DNA from: Bdellovibrionota bacterium
GTDB taxonomy: Bacteria > Bdellovibrionota_G > JALEGL01 > DATDPG01
Length of the DNA stretch: 64,000 nt
Assembly: GCA_963668355.1 (NCBI GenBank)
Contig: OY764265.1
Span: 480,001-544,000, forward strand
Direction: 5' to 3'
Each line of letters opens with the position of its first letter. The stretch's first letter is position 1. A program made the position numbers and the translations under genes. Of the stretch, positions 1-8,507 are shown one piece after another. A model generated the notes under the pieces. That model ran no database searches. It was given only the letters and a program-made list of their open reading frames with translations, and had not been told where the DNA came from.

Positions 1-1
1 A

Positions 2-790
2 GATCTTCGAAGCCGAAAGAAGGATGACATAATTGTCGGTGTATTTGGCAATCGTGGGAGGATAAGGCGGCTCTCCGGGAATGGAATAATCCCTTCGATC
101 ATCCATGGCAAAGTAGGCGATGTCTTCAATGGCCACGACATCGTATTTCGTACAAATTTCACCCAATCGACGAATCTCGTCTTCCGTCAAAATCATCCAG
201 GTCGGATTATTTGGCGTGGAATATAAGATCGCGCCGATCTTTCCTTGGGCACATTTTTCTTCCACACGGTCCAACCAGCCCGAGCGATCATACAAATCCA
301 CCGAGTCATCTTTCAAACCCAGGAAACGGGTCTGCATGCGATGGACCGAGAAACAGGGATCCACAAACAAGATCGTGTCTTTCTCTGGGAATCGGCGACC
401 GGCAACTGCCTGGGACAAGAAACCGCCTTGCATCGAACCCACCGTAGGAAGAACCCATTGAGAAGGAATTTCAATGTCCATGAAAAGCTTGAAAAACTTC
501 GCAGCTTCTTCTTTGAGTGCAGGAACTCCGCCAATGGGAGCATAAGAAGCAGGAATGCGCGCATTTCGAAGCGCACCGATCTCGCCTTCAATCGCCATGG
601 GATGTGGGTCCAATCCGGGGACCCCCATTTCCATTCGAAGAAAGCGCGTGGACAAACGCGTTTCGGCCTCTCCCACGACCGCCACCATTTGTCGAATGGA
701 GGCATACGCAGGATCCACGTGATGTTTTTCCAAAATTTCGTTGATGATCTCTCGATTCAAACGGACATCTTTCTCGGATAGCTCTGCCAT
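2..790 (-). CDS. PLP-dependent aminotransferase class I/II (partial, runs off window start)
   Basis: Absent from the ORF track; translated by hand from ATG 790: MAELSEKD...RMEMGVPGL...PTVGSMQG...YSTPNNPTW...IEDIAYF...VILLSASKI (PLP lysine at the window edge). Confidence 0.9.
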   Translation of the reverse strand, partial: MAELSEKDVRLNREIINEILEKHHVDPAYASIRQMVAVVGEAETRLSTRFLRMEMGVPGLDPHPMAIEGEIGALRNARIPASYAPIGGVPALKEEAAKFFKLFMDIEIPSQWVLPTVGSMQGGFLSQAVAGRRFPEKDTILFVDPCFSVHRMQTRFLGLKDDSVDLYDRSGWLDRVEEKCAQGKIGAILYSTPNNPTWMILTEDEIRRLGEICTKYDVVAIEDIAYFAMDDRRDYSIPGEPPYPPTIAKYTDNYVILLSASKI

Positions 791-882
791 AGTGGGTGCC
801 TTATATCGCCAAAACCCGCTTTACACCATGTTTTCCGTAAAGAAACTCGCCTCACTTCCCTTTATGAGCTAATTTGAACCCC

Positions 883-2400
883 ATGCGGCTATCGATTCGA
901 AGCAAGGTTTTGGCCACTTATGGGGTCCTGGCCGTTTTGCTTTTGGTGGTGTTGTTTTCCAGCCTCACCCGAATCAACCGAATCGGAACCCGCTTGAACG
1001 TGATTCGTGACGCCTACCTCCCCATTGCCAAAACCATCAACGCCTCCCTCAATTTCTATCATTTGGATGAAGGCTTTGATGTGGCGCGAATCATCGCTAA
1101 CCGTCAGAACCGTCTGTTCATGGATTCCATTACGTTAACCAATCCTCGGCTTCTGGAAGGGGGGCTCAAAAAAGGGCTCTTGGATGCACGCGCCATTTTG
1201 GCCCAACATCCTTCTCCGGCGGAAGAACGAAGAATGGGCCGTATTGCCGCCTTGATCGATGATTTGGTCAATCACCATCGAAAATATACGACGCTCATTT
1301 CCCAGGTGAATCACCTTCTTCAAAAAGGGAAGATCTCTAAGGCCCAAGCCAAAAACCCGTCCATCCTTCAGGCCAAACGAACGGTTCGAAACAAAATTGA
1401 ATTTTTGAACCGGCGCTTGGACGAACAAATTCAAGAAGGCATCCACTCCACGTTGGCGGAAGAAAAAAGCGCCATTTTTTGGACCCTCTCTCTTTCGGTG
1501 GGCACGTTGATTTTGGCGTTGTTCATTGGTTTGGTGGCGCTGTTCATGCTCCGGCCGCTGGCCAAGCTCAAACGGGCCGCGCAAGAAATTGCTGCCGGAG
1601 ATTTGAAACAACGGGTCTCCATCAAAACCCGAGACGAAATCGGTGAATTGGGACAAGAGTTCAATCGAATGGCCGATTCCATTCAAGAAAGAGACCGGGT
1701 CTTACATACGCAGCAAGAACGATTGGTTCAAACCGAGAAGATGGCGGTGGTGGGACGCATGGCTTCCAAAATCAGTCATGAAATTCGAAACCCGTTGAAT
1801 GCCTTGGGATTGAATATTGAAATGCTTGAAGACGAAGTTGCCAGTGAAGAAGGGAGAAAAATTCTTCAGTCCACCTTGGCGGCCATTGATCGCTTGAATC
1901 ACGTGGCGGAAAGCTATCTTTCCATGGCCCGCGCACCCAAACAGGACGCCCAAGAACTCAACCTTTTGCCCCTTCTTTCCCGTTTGGAAAAATTGATTGA
2001 AGCCGAGTGCAAAGAAAAAGACCTTTCGTTTCGTCTCGAAATTCCTGAGAGCCTTCCTCGCATCAAGGCTGATGCGACACGCATTGAGCAATCCATGTTG
2101 AATTTGGTTCGGAATGCCATGGAAGCTTCTTCCAAAGGGAATTCGTTTGGAATCAAAGTCAACGCCCAAGACCAACACGTACACATTCATGTCTGGGATC
2201 AGGGTTCCGGAATTTCCGAAGAACAAAAGAACCGCATTTTTGATCCCTTCTTTACTACCAAGGACAAAGGAACCGGATTGGGCCTATCCATTACAAACGA
2301 AATCATTCGGGAAGAAGGCGGAGAGATTATCTGCAATAGCCAACCGAATGAGGGCACATGCTTTGAAATCAAACTCCCCACATCCACTTCCAATGTTTAA
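883..2400 (+). CDS. Membrane sensor histidine kinase with HAMP domain (NtrB/PilS-like)
   Basis: Two TM helices, HAMP, H-box HEIRNPL, N-box NLVRNAMEA, DQGSG, FDPFFTTK, GTGLGL. ATG 883 preferred to TTG 874. Confidence 0.93.
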   Translation: MRLSIRSKVLATYGVLAVLLLVVLFSSLTRINRIGTRLNVIRDAYLPIAKTINASLNFYHLDEGFDVARIIANRQNRLFMDSITLTNPRLLEGGLKKGLLDARAILAQHPSPAEERRMGRIAALIDDLVNHHRKYTTLISQVNHLLQKGKISKAQAKNPSILQAKRTVRNKIEFLNRRLDEQIQEGIHSTLAEEKSAIFWTLSLSVGTLILALFIGLVALFMLRPLAKLKRAAQEIAAGDLKQRVSIKTRDEIGELGQEFNRMADSIQERDRVLHTQQERLVQTEKMAVVGRMASKISHEIRNPLNALGLNIEMLEDEVASEEGRKILQSTLAAIDRLNHVAESYLSMARAPKQDAQELNLLPLLSRLEKLIEAECKEKDLSFRLEIPESLPRIKADATRIEQSMLNLVRNAMEASSKGNSFGIKVNAQDQHVHIHVWDQGSGISEEQKNRIFDPFFTTKDKGTGLGLSITNEIIREEGGEIICNSQPNEGTCFEIKLPTSTSNV

Positions 2401-3676
2401 AGAACTCCTCGAATATTTGAACCAACTGGGTGAAAGTCGCATGCGTCTTGGACTGGGACCTACACGACAAATCTTGGATCGTCTCGACTCTCCGGACCAG
2501 AAGCTTTCCTCCGTCATCATTTCTGGAACCAATGGAAAAGGTTCTACCTGTTCCTTTCTCACGAGCATCGCAATGGAGGCGGGAAAAAAAGTGGGCACCT
2601 TTACGTCTCCCCATTTGGAATCGGTGACCGAGCGCATTCAAATCAATGGCCGGCCCGTGGACGAAGGACGGTTTGGCGAAATCGGCAAATCTTTGGCCGC
2701 GCGTTTGAAAGAGTTTCAACTTGAAGACCTGACTTATTTTGAATTTTTGACCGTCTTAGCGGTGTTGATTTTCGAAAAAGAACACGTGGACTTGGCCATT
2801 TTTGAAGTGGGATTGGGAGGAAGACTGGACGCCACCAACTCCTTGCATCGCATCGCCGTCGGGATCACTCGCATCGATTTCGACCATGAAAAACTCTTGG
2901 GCAACACCCTCACAAAAATTGCTTTGGAAAAAGGTGCCATCATGCGTCCTGGGATGCCGGCGATCTTGGCTCCTCAAGACCCAGAAGCTCTTTTGGCTCT
3001 GGAGCAACAGGCACGAGAAATTGGAAGTCGCTGGATTCTTGTCGACGACTCCTTGCGCTTTTCACATCTGGGACTGAAGGGTTTCCATCAACATGAAAAT
3101 GCCCAGTGTGCGGCCGAATTGGCGAAAGCCCTTTCTTTTTCCTCGCAAGACATTCAACGCGGTTTGGCGCAGGCCACACTTCCCGGTCGACTGGAAAAGT
3201 GGGCGCATTCTGATGGAAGAGAAGTCTGGCTAGACATTGCGCATAATCCTTCGGCCGCAGAAAGCCTCGCGCAGTTCTTCACGGAGAATCATCTGGGGCC
3301 CTTTCATTTGGTCTGGGGAATGTTGAAAGACAAGCGCTTCGAAACCTTTTTCAAATGCATTCAACCCCATTGCCAAACGATCACGCTCTGCGCTCCGCCT
3401 TCATCCAGGTCTTGGAATCTTCAGGAGATTCAACAACGTTTACCTCTTGAAAAAACAACCTGCATTGAGGATCCCCTTCAAGCTCTGACGTTTGCCTTAA
3501 CTCAATCGGAACCGGTCCTATGCACGGGTTCATCTTATCTGGTGGGGAACCTCCGACCTTGGCTCAGAAACCAAGGTTTCTCGAATCATTCGGAAGAGGG
3601 AGGACGAACATCCGAAAAGGGATTGCCCGACTCTTTGGAAGGTTTCTCTCTTCGAGGCAAGGGACGCTCAGCATAA
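2393..3676 (+). CDS. folC: Bifunctional folylpolyglutamate synthase/dihydrofolate synthase
   Basis: GTNGKGST, FTSPHL..ERI, EVGLGGRLDATN, PGRLE, LDIAHNP, TGSSYLVG. ATG 2393 overlaps the kinase stop; the longer ORF from 2114 is spurious extension. Confidence 0.95.
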   Translation: MFKELLEYLNQLGESRMRLGLGPTRQILDRLDSPDQKLSSVIISGTNGKGSTCSFLTSIAMEAGKKVGTFTSPHLESVTERIQINGRPVDEGRFGEIGKSLAARLKEFQLEDLTYFEFLTVLAVLIFEKEHVDLAIFEVGLGGRLDATNSLHRIAVGITRIDFDHEKLLGNTLTKIALEKGAIMRPGMPAILAPQDPEALLALEQQAREIGSRWILVDDSLRFSHLGLKGFHQHENAQCAAELAKALSFSSQDIQRGLAQATLPGRLEKWAHSDGREVWLDIAHNPSAAESLAQFFTENHLGPFHLVWGMLKDKRFETFFKCIQPHCQTITLCAPPSSRSWNLQEIQQRLPLEKTTCIEDPLQALTFALTQSEPVLCTGSSYLVGNLRPWLRNQGFSNHSEEGGRTSEKGLPDSLEGFSLRGKGRSA

Positions 3677-5883
3677 TTGTCGTAAGGTTCTTCAAAGTTG
3701 GCGTATCCACTTTCGCCCTTCGGGTAGCTTCGTCTTCGACGCGTAGCCAGTTCTTTTTCTGTTTCGTAGGAATTGGATCGATTGGAACTGGGGCGGTTGT
3801 AATCAAAACGCTTTCGCTGACGCTTTTCACGTTTGGTTCGAGATTCTTCCCGAGGTGCCATATCTAACCCTTCATCTAAGTCATAGTCATAGAGGGCTTG
3901 ATGTTCGGGAATTCCTTGCTTCTTATTGAACTTGCGTCTTTCGTTATTTTTCTTCACCGAAATCCGGGACATGTCTGCGGGATCATGAATCACATGCGGC
4001 GTCATGAAGATCACGAGATTGAGTTTCTCGGTCGTTTTGGATTCTTCCCGGAAGAGATATCCCAATAATGGAATGTCGCCCAGAAGAGGAACCTTCTTGG
4101 TGGAACGATCCACTTTGTCCGTAATCAACCCACCCAGGACAATTGTCTGTTCGCTATTGGCCAGAACCGTTGTCGTAGCTTTTCGCTTTTTGGTGATGAC
4201 ATCCCCGGCTCCCATTTTGTCTTCTTCTAAGCCTGAAATTTCCTGTTGGATTTCCAACGTAACGGCATCTCCCCCTCCGATATGCGGCAATACGGACAAA
4301 ATGATTCCGACGTTTTCACGCGTATACTGCGTCGTGCTTCCGCCGGTTTCATTCATTTGTTCACCGGTTTTATAGGGAACTTCCTGACCAACCTGAATCT
4401 CAGCTTTTTTATTGTCCACGGTCAGAATGTTTGGAGCGGAAAGTACGTTGTAAACACCGCTCGTTTGCTGTGCCTTCAACACAGCACCCAATGCAGGAAT
4501 GCTCACACCATTTCCTAAATTGATGGGGCTCCCCGAGCTGGCACTCATGATCGCACCCGGAAGCCCTGCCAAGGCCGCCGGATTTTGACTGATGGCCGCA
4601 GAGCTGAAGGAGCCTTTGGATCCGAAATTCGTTCCTCCCATAACGGAACCGTCTTGTCCCACGCCTGTTCCACCGTGAAAGCTCACACCGGCTTCAACCA
4701 TTTTGGAAACGTTGACTTCCATGATGAGGGTTTCAACGAAAACTTGAGCGCGCCGGGAATCCAGTTGATCAATGATGGGTTCGATGGACGCATAGTCATT
4801 GGGAGAAGCTGTAATCACCAAAGAATTGGTGGAGGGATCGGCCACTACACGAACTTCCTGTTCGAACATGCTACCGGAGCTTTTCACCAACGTGCCGGCT
4901 TGCGTGGACATTTTAGCGTCCCCCTTCTTGCTCGAGGGAGCACCCGGCTTTCCACTTGAAGAACCACCTCCAGAACTCTGACCGGAAAGAAGTGCGGCCA
5001 AAATTCCAGCCAAATCCTCAGCTTTTGCATGGTGAAGAGGTCGAACATGGATTCGGTTTCGGTCAATAGCAATCTCCACTTCTCGATCCATTTCGGCTAA
5101 AAGATCTAAAACGCGTTCCAGACCATCTCGCGTCGCTTTGACAATCAGGGAGTTGGTTCGTGCGTCAGCCAAAATTTTTGCTACGCTCGCACCACCTTCG
5201 ACATCATCGCTTCTTCTTCGACTTTTGCTAGCCGCTACTTTGTCTTGTTGGAAAATGGCCAAAAGTTTTTGAGCAACGACATCGGCTTGTGCATGTTTGA
5301 GAGGAATAATTTCTGTGGTCAGTCCTTTTCCTGGATTGTCCAAGTGTTGAATCAATTTCTGCAAACGAGCAATATTTGCAGCACTTCCGGAAATGATCAG
5401 GGAGTTGGTTGGACCATGGGCCACGATGGTTTCCCTTCGTCCCACCATGGAATTCAAGACTTGGCGAATTTCATTGGCATCCACATATTTGAGCGAAATC
5501 AATTTCGTCACAAACTCATCGCCCGCCGGACTATCGTCTTCTCCAAAACTAAAAGGCGTAGGGGCCGAGCTACACTCTCTTAAGGGCAAAATCTTGGTCA
5601 CCGAACCGGACTCAGAAGCACAAAGTTTTTTCACAGAAAGTGCCGAAAGAAACGCTTCATAGGCTTGATCCACCGTGACGGGGGAAGGAGAAATGATCGT
5701 GACCTTTCCTCGAACGCCGTCCCCAATGACAAAATTCTTTCCGGTAATCTCACTAATGGACTTGATCACGTCCTGGATATCCACTTCATGAAAATCCAAG
5801 CTGATCATGGGTTCATCCTGAGCCCACAGCGGGGCACTCAAGAAAAGGGCCAATATTAAGCTAACGACTCGAAACTCCTTCAT
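3586..5883 (-). CDS. gspD: Type II secretion secretin GspD (second, stand-alone copy)
   Basis: Signal peptide, N0 (ISLDFHEVDI..ITGKNFVI..VRGKVTIISP), TNSL repeats, QVFVETLIMEV, KVPLLGDIPLLGYLFR. Confidence 0.93.
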   Translation of the reverse strand: MKEFRVVSLILALFLSAPLWAQDEPMISLDFHEVDIQDVIKSISEITGKNFVIGDGVRGKVTIISPSPVTVDQAYEAFLSALSVKKLCASESGSVTKILPLRECSSAPTPFSFGEDDSPAGDEFVTKLISLKYVDANEIRQVLNSMVGRRETIVAHGPTNSLIISGSAANIARLQKLIQHLDNPGKGLTTEIIPLKHAQADVVAQKLLAIFQQDKVAASKSRRRSDDVEGGASVAKILADARTNSLIVKATRDGLERVLDLLAEMDREVEIAIDRNRIHVRPLHHAKAEDLAGILAALLSGQSSGGGSSSGKPGAPSSKKGDAKMSTQAGTLVKSSGSMFEQEVRVVADPSTNSLVITASPNDYASIEPIIDQLDSRRAQVFVETLIMEVNVSKMVEAGVSFHGGTGVGQDGSVMGGTNFGSKGSFSSAAISQNPAALAGLPGAIMSASSGSPINLGNGVSIPALGAVLKAQQTSGVYNVLSAPNILTVDNKKAEIQVGQEVPYKTGEQMNETGGSTTQYTRENVGIILSVLPHIGGGDAVTLEIQQEISGLEEDKMGAGDVITKKRKATTTVLANSEQTIVLGGLITDKVDRSTKKVPLLGDIPLLGYLFREESKTTEKLNLVIFMTPHVIHDPADMSRISVKKNNERRKFNKKQGIPEHQALYDYDLDEGLDMAPREESRTKREKRQRKRFDYNRPSSNRSNSYETEKELATRRRRSYPKGESGYANFEEPYDNYAERPLPRREKPSKESGNPFSDVRPPSSE

Positions 5884-5897
5884 TTCTCTCTATAGTA

Positions 5898-5915
5898 AAG
5901 CAAAGGTGGTGCCGA
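5898..5915 (-). promoter_or_regulatory. Sigma54 (-24/-12) promoter of stand-alone gspD
   Basis: Minus strand TCGGCACCACCTTTGCTT (GG-N10-GC). Upstream AT-rich tract contains IHF-like TATTAAATGGTTA. Confidence 0.75.
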
Positions 5916-6016
5916 AACCGACTTTTTTTAACCATTTAATATTATAAAAGATTTTGAGGGTTCGTACGGAAGAAGCTCCGCCGAAAACCGGCTCATGTGA
6001 CATAAATCGACCAGAT

Positions 6017-6859
6017 CTAGGCTTGAGCCGAACGAATGGCTTCCGCCATGCGCACCACGCGAACCGTCTCTTGAACATCATGAACGCGAAGGATGGATGC
6101 CCCTTGATATGCAGAAATGGCCGCCACAGCCAAGCTCCCCTCCAAGCGCTCCTCAACATCCACGTCGAGCGTTTTGCCAATGAACGACTTTCGTGAGGCA
6201 CCAATCAAGATGGGATGACCCAATTCCAAAAATTCTGGAAGGCGCTGAAGGATTTGAAGATTGTGCTTCACGCTTTTCCCAAATCCAATTCCGGGATCCA
6301 AAATAACGTTGTCCTTCAATCCGGTTTCTTTCAGGCGCTCTTTGAAAAACGTGATTAAATCGGAAACCACATCTTCGTAGACATACTCACTTTGCATGGA
6401 CCGAGGCACACCGAACATATGCATGATGCACACGGGGACTTGATTTTCTTTCACCACACGCACCATTTCCGGATCCCTCAATCCTTGAACGTCGTTGACC
6501 ATTTGAATCAGGCCTTCTTTTATGGCCGCCTCTACCAAAGAGGCTTTGCAAGAATCCAATGAAATGGGAAGGGGATACTCTTCCTCTTTCAATTTGCGCA
6601 ACACAGACCAAAGCCGTTTCTTTTCTTCTTCTTCGGAAACGCCTTCGGATCCCGGTCGTGTGCTTTCGGCTCCAATGTCCAGAAGGTCGGCTCCCTCTTT
6701 TTGAATCTTCCAGGCTTGAGCCAACGCTCGTTCGGGGTCGATATATTTTCCTCCATCCGAAAAGGAATCCGGAGTCACATTCAAAATGCCCATGATTCGA
6801 ACGGAGTCCGATGAATCTGGGCTTTTTGATCCTTTCAAAATGGGAATTTGCTGAGCCAT
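6017..6859 (-). CDS. folP: Dihydropteroate synthase
   Basis: MGILNVTPDSFSDGG, DIGAESTRPG, LDPGIGFGK, SRKSFIG, LRVHDV. ATG 6859 has SD AGGGAG. Confidence 0.96.
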   Translation of the reverse strand: MAQQIPILKGSKSPDSSDSVRIMGILNVTPDSFSDGGKYIDPERALAQAWKIQKEGADLLDIGAESTRPGSEGVSEEEEKKRLWSVLRKLKEEEYPLPISLDSCKASLVEAAIKEGLIQMVNDVQGLRDPEMVRVVKENQVPVCIMHMFGVPRSMQSEYVYEDVVSDLITFFKERLKETGLKDNVILDPGIGFGKSVKHNLQILQRLPEFLELGHPILIGASRKSFIGKTLDVDVEERLEGSLAVAAISAYQGASILRVHDVQETVRVVRMAEAIRSAQA

Positions 6860-6948
6860 GATTGGCTCCCTATTCGCTCCATGGGTCCCTGTCAATGAAC
6901 GAAACGAAGCCTGGCGTTATTTCCGACTCTCGATAGAATCATTTCTGC

Positions 6949-8295
6949 GTGAACGAAAACATTTCCAGACTGATTCTCCTTGTCGAAGACGACGAGGCCA
7001 ATCGAATGACGGTGAGAGCCATTCTTGAAAAAGCTGGCTACAGAGTTTTGGAAGCCAAAGACGGTCGAGAAGGCTTGGATGTTTTTCGCCAAGAAGAAGT
7101 AGACCTCATCCTCACGGATCTAAAGATGCCGGACATGGACGGGATCGAACTCCTCAAAGCTGCCCGGCTCGTGAAGTCGGATGTGGATGTAATCTTAATG
7201 ACGGCGCATGGAACGGTCGAAACGGCCGTCGAAGCCATGAAAGAAGGGGCTTACGACTTCATCGCCAAACCTTTTAAACGAGCGACATTGCTTCGCATCG
7301 TCGAAAAAGTTTTGGAAAAAAGAACCCTTTTGGCAGAAAACCTGCGCCTTCGCCAAGAGTTGGGAAAATACCAAACCAATCATCAAATCATTGGCCAAAG
7401 TTTCGGACATCGAAAGCTCCTGGATCTCATTGAACAGGTGGCCCCCAGCTCAGCCACCGTTTTAATTGAAGGCGAAAGCGGAACCGGAAAAGAACTTGTG
7501 GCCGAAGCGATTCATAATCAAAGCCCACGCGCTCGAAAAAAGTTTATCAAAGTCAGTTGTGCCGCCATTCCCGAAACCCTATTGGAAGCTGAACTCTTCG
7601 GATACGAGAAAGGGGCTTTCACGGGAGCTTTGGCCCGCAAGGAAGGCCGCTTCGAGCTGGCTCACGAGGGAACTCTTTTTCTCGACGAAGTCAGTGAAAT
7701 CTCTCCGGCCATCCAAGTCAAACTCTTGCGCGTACTCCAGGAAGGTGAATTCGAACGATTGGGCGGAACGAAAACCCTTCATTGTGATGTACGCATTCTG
7801 GCCGCTTCGAATCAAAATTTGGAAACCGCCGTTCAAGAAAAGCGTTTTCGAGAGGACTTGTTTTACCGACTGAACGTCATCCGCGTTGACATTCCTCCTT
7901 TACGATCGCGACAAGAAGACATTCCTCTCTTGGCCAATCATTTTCTCCGCATGTATGCGGCCAAAAACGATAAGACGATTGCAAATCTCGAAGAGACTGC
8001 GATTGAGAAACTGTTGCGCTACCCGTGGCCCGGAAACATCCGAGAGCTGGAAAATGTGATCGAACGCGCCACGGTTCTTTGCAAAGGAAATCAGCTTACC
8101 CTCTCCGATTTGCCGGAAGGTTTGAGTGACGTCCCTCAAGCACAAAACGATGAGATTCCCATTCCGATTGGGATGCCACTCTCTGAAGTAGAGGCCATTT
8201 TGATACGAGAAACCCTCAAACGAACAGAGGGGGATAAGAATTTGACGGCCAAGATGTTGGGCGTTGCCCCCCGCACCATTTACCGGAAGATCTAA
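6949..8295 (+). CDS. Sigma54-dependent response regulator (NtrC/AtoC/PilR family bEBP)
   Basis: Receiver (VEDD, TDLKMP), Walker A GESGTGKE, intact GAFTGA, WPGNIRELEN, C-terminal Fis HTH. Confidence 0.96.
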   Translation: MNENISRLILLVEDDEANRMTVRAILEKAGYRVLEAKDGREGLDVFRQEEVDLILTDLKMPDMDGIELLKAARLVKSDVDVILMTAHGTVETAVEAMKEGAYDFIAKPFKRATLLRIVEKVLEKRTLLAENLRLRQELGKYQTNHQIIGQSFGHRKLLDLIEQVAPSSATVLIEGESGTGKELVAEAIHNQSPRARKKFIKVSCAAIPETLLEAELFGYEKGAFTGALARKEGRFELAHEGTLFLDEVSEISPAIQVKLLRVLQEGEFERLGGTKTLHCDVRILAASNQNLETAVQEKRFREDLFYRLNVIRVDIPPLRSRQEDIPLLANHFLRMYAAKNDKTIANLEETAIEKLLRYPWPGNIRELENVIERATVLCKGNQLTLSDLPEGLSDVPQAQNDEIPIPIGMPLSEVEAILIRETLKRTEGDKNLTAKMLGVAPRTIYRKI

Positions 8296-8297
8296 CC

Positions 8298-8328
8298 CTA
8301 CCAAAAGTGAACGTTTCACTTTTGGTAG
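8298..8328. repeat. Perfect 14-bp inverted repeat (palindrome copy 1)
   Basis: CTACCAAAAGTGAA-CGT-TTCACTTTTGGTAG; related copy at 48369-48397. Confidence 0.85.
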
Positions 8329-8337
8329 TCCCTGGGA

Positions 8338-8385
8338 TTGTCATTTTGTCAAAAGGGTTCGATTATGTTTGCCATTTTGTCAAAA
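8338..8385 (+). promoter_or_regulatory. Tandem 17-bp repeats, candidate upstream activator sequences for a sigma54 bEBP
   Basis: TTGTCATTTTGTCAAAA (8338-8354) and TTGCCATTTTGTCAAAA (8369-8385), period 31 bp, 100-150 bp upstream of the sigma54 box. Confidence 0.65.
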
Positions 8386-8484
8386 ACCACGCGCGCAAAG
8401 TCATGTGCCCTATATTGCCCTATATTTTTATTCTTATTTTTTAAATATTTAGCGCTATACTTAATATTTTTAGGATCCGCTTCA

Positions 8485-8500
8485 TGGCATGATGATTGCC
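8485..8500 (+). promoter_or_regulatory. Sigma54 (-24/-12) promoter of the gsp operon
   Basis: TGGCATGATGATTGCC (GG-N10-GC), preceded by a very AT-rich tract at 8421-8472. Confidence 0.75.
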
Positions 8501-8507
8501 CCGGAGG

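Noticed and set aside
2114..2392. N-terminal extension of folC in the ORF track
   Set aside because: It overlaps the kinase ATPase domain in another frame; FolC similarity starts at ATG 2393.
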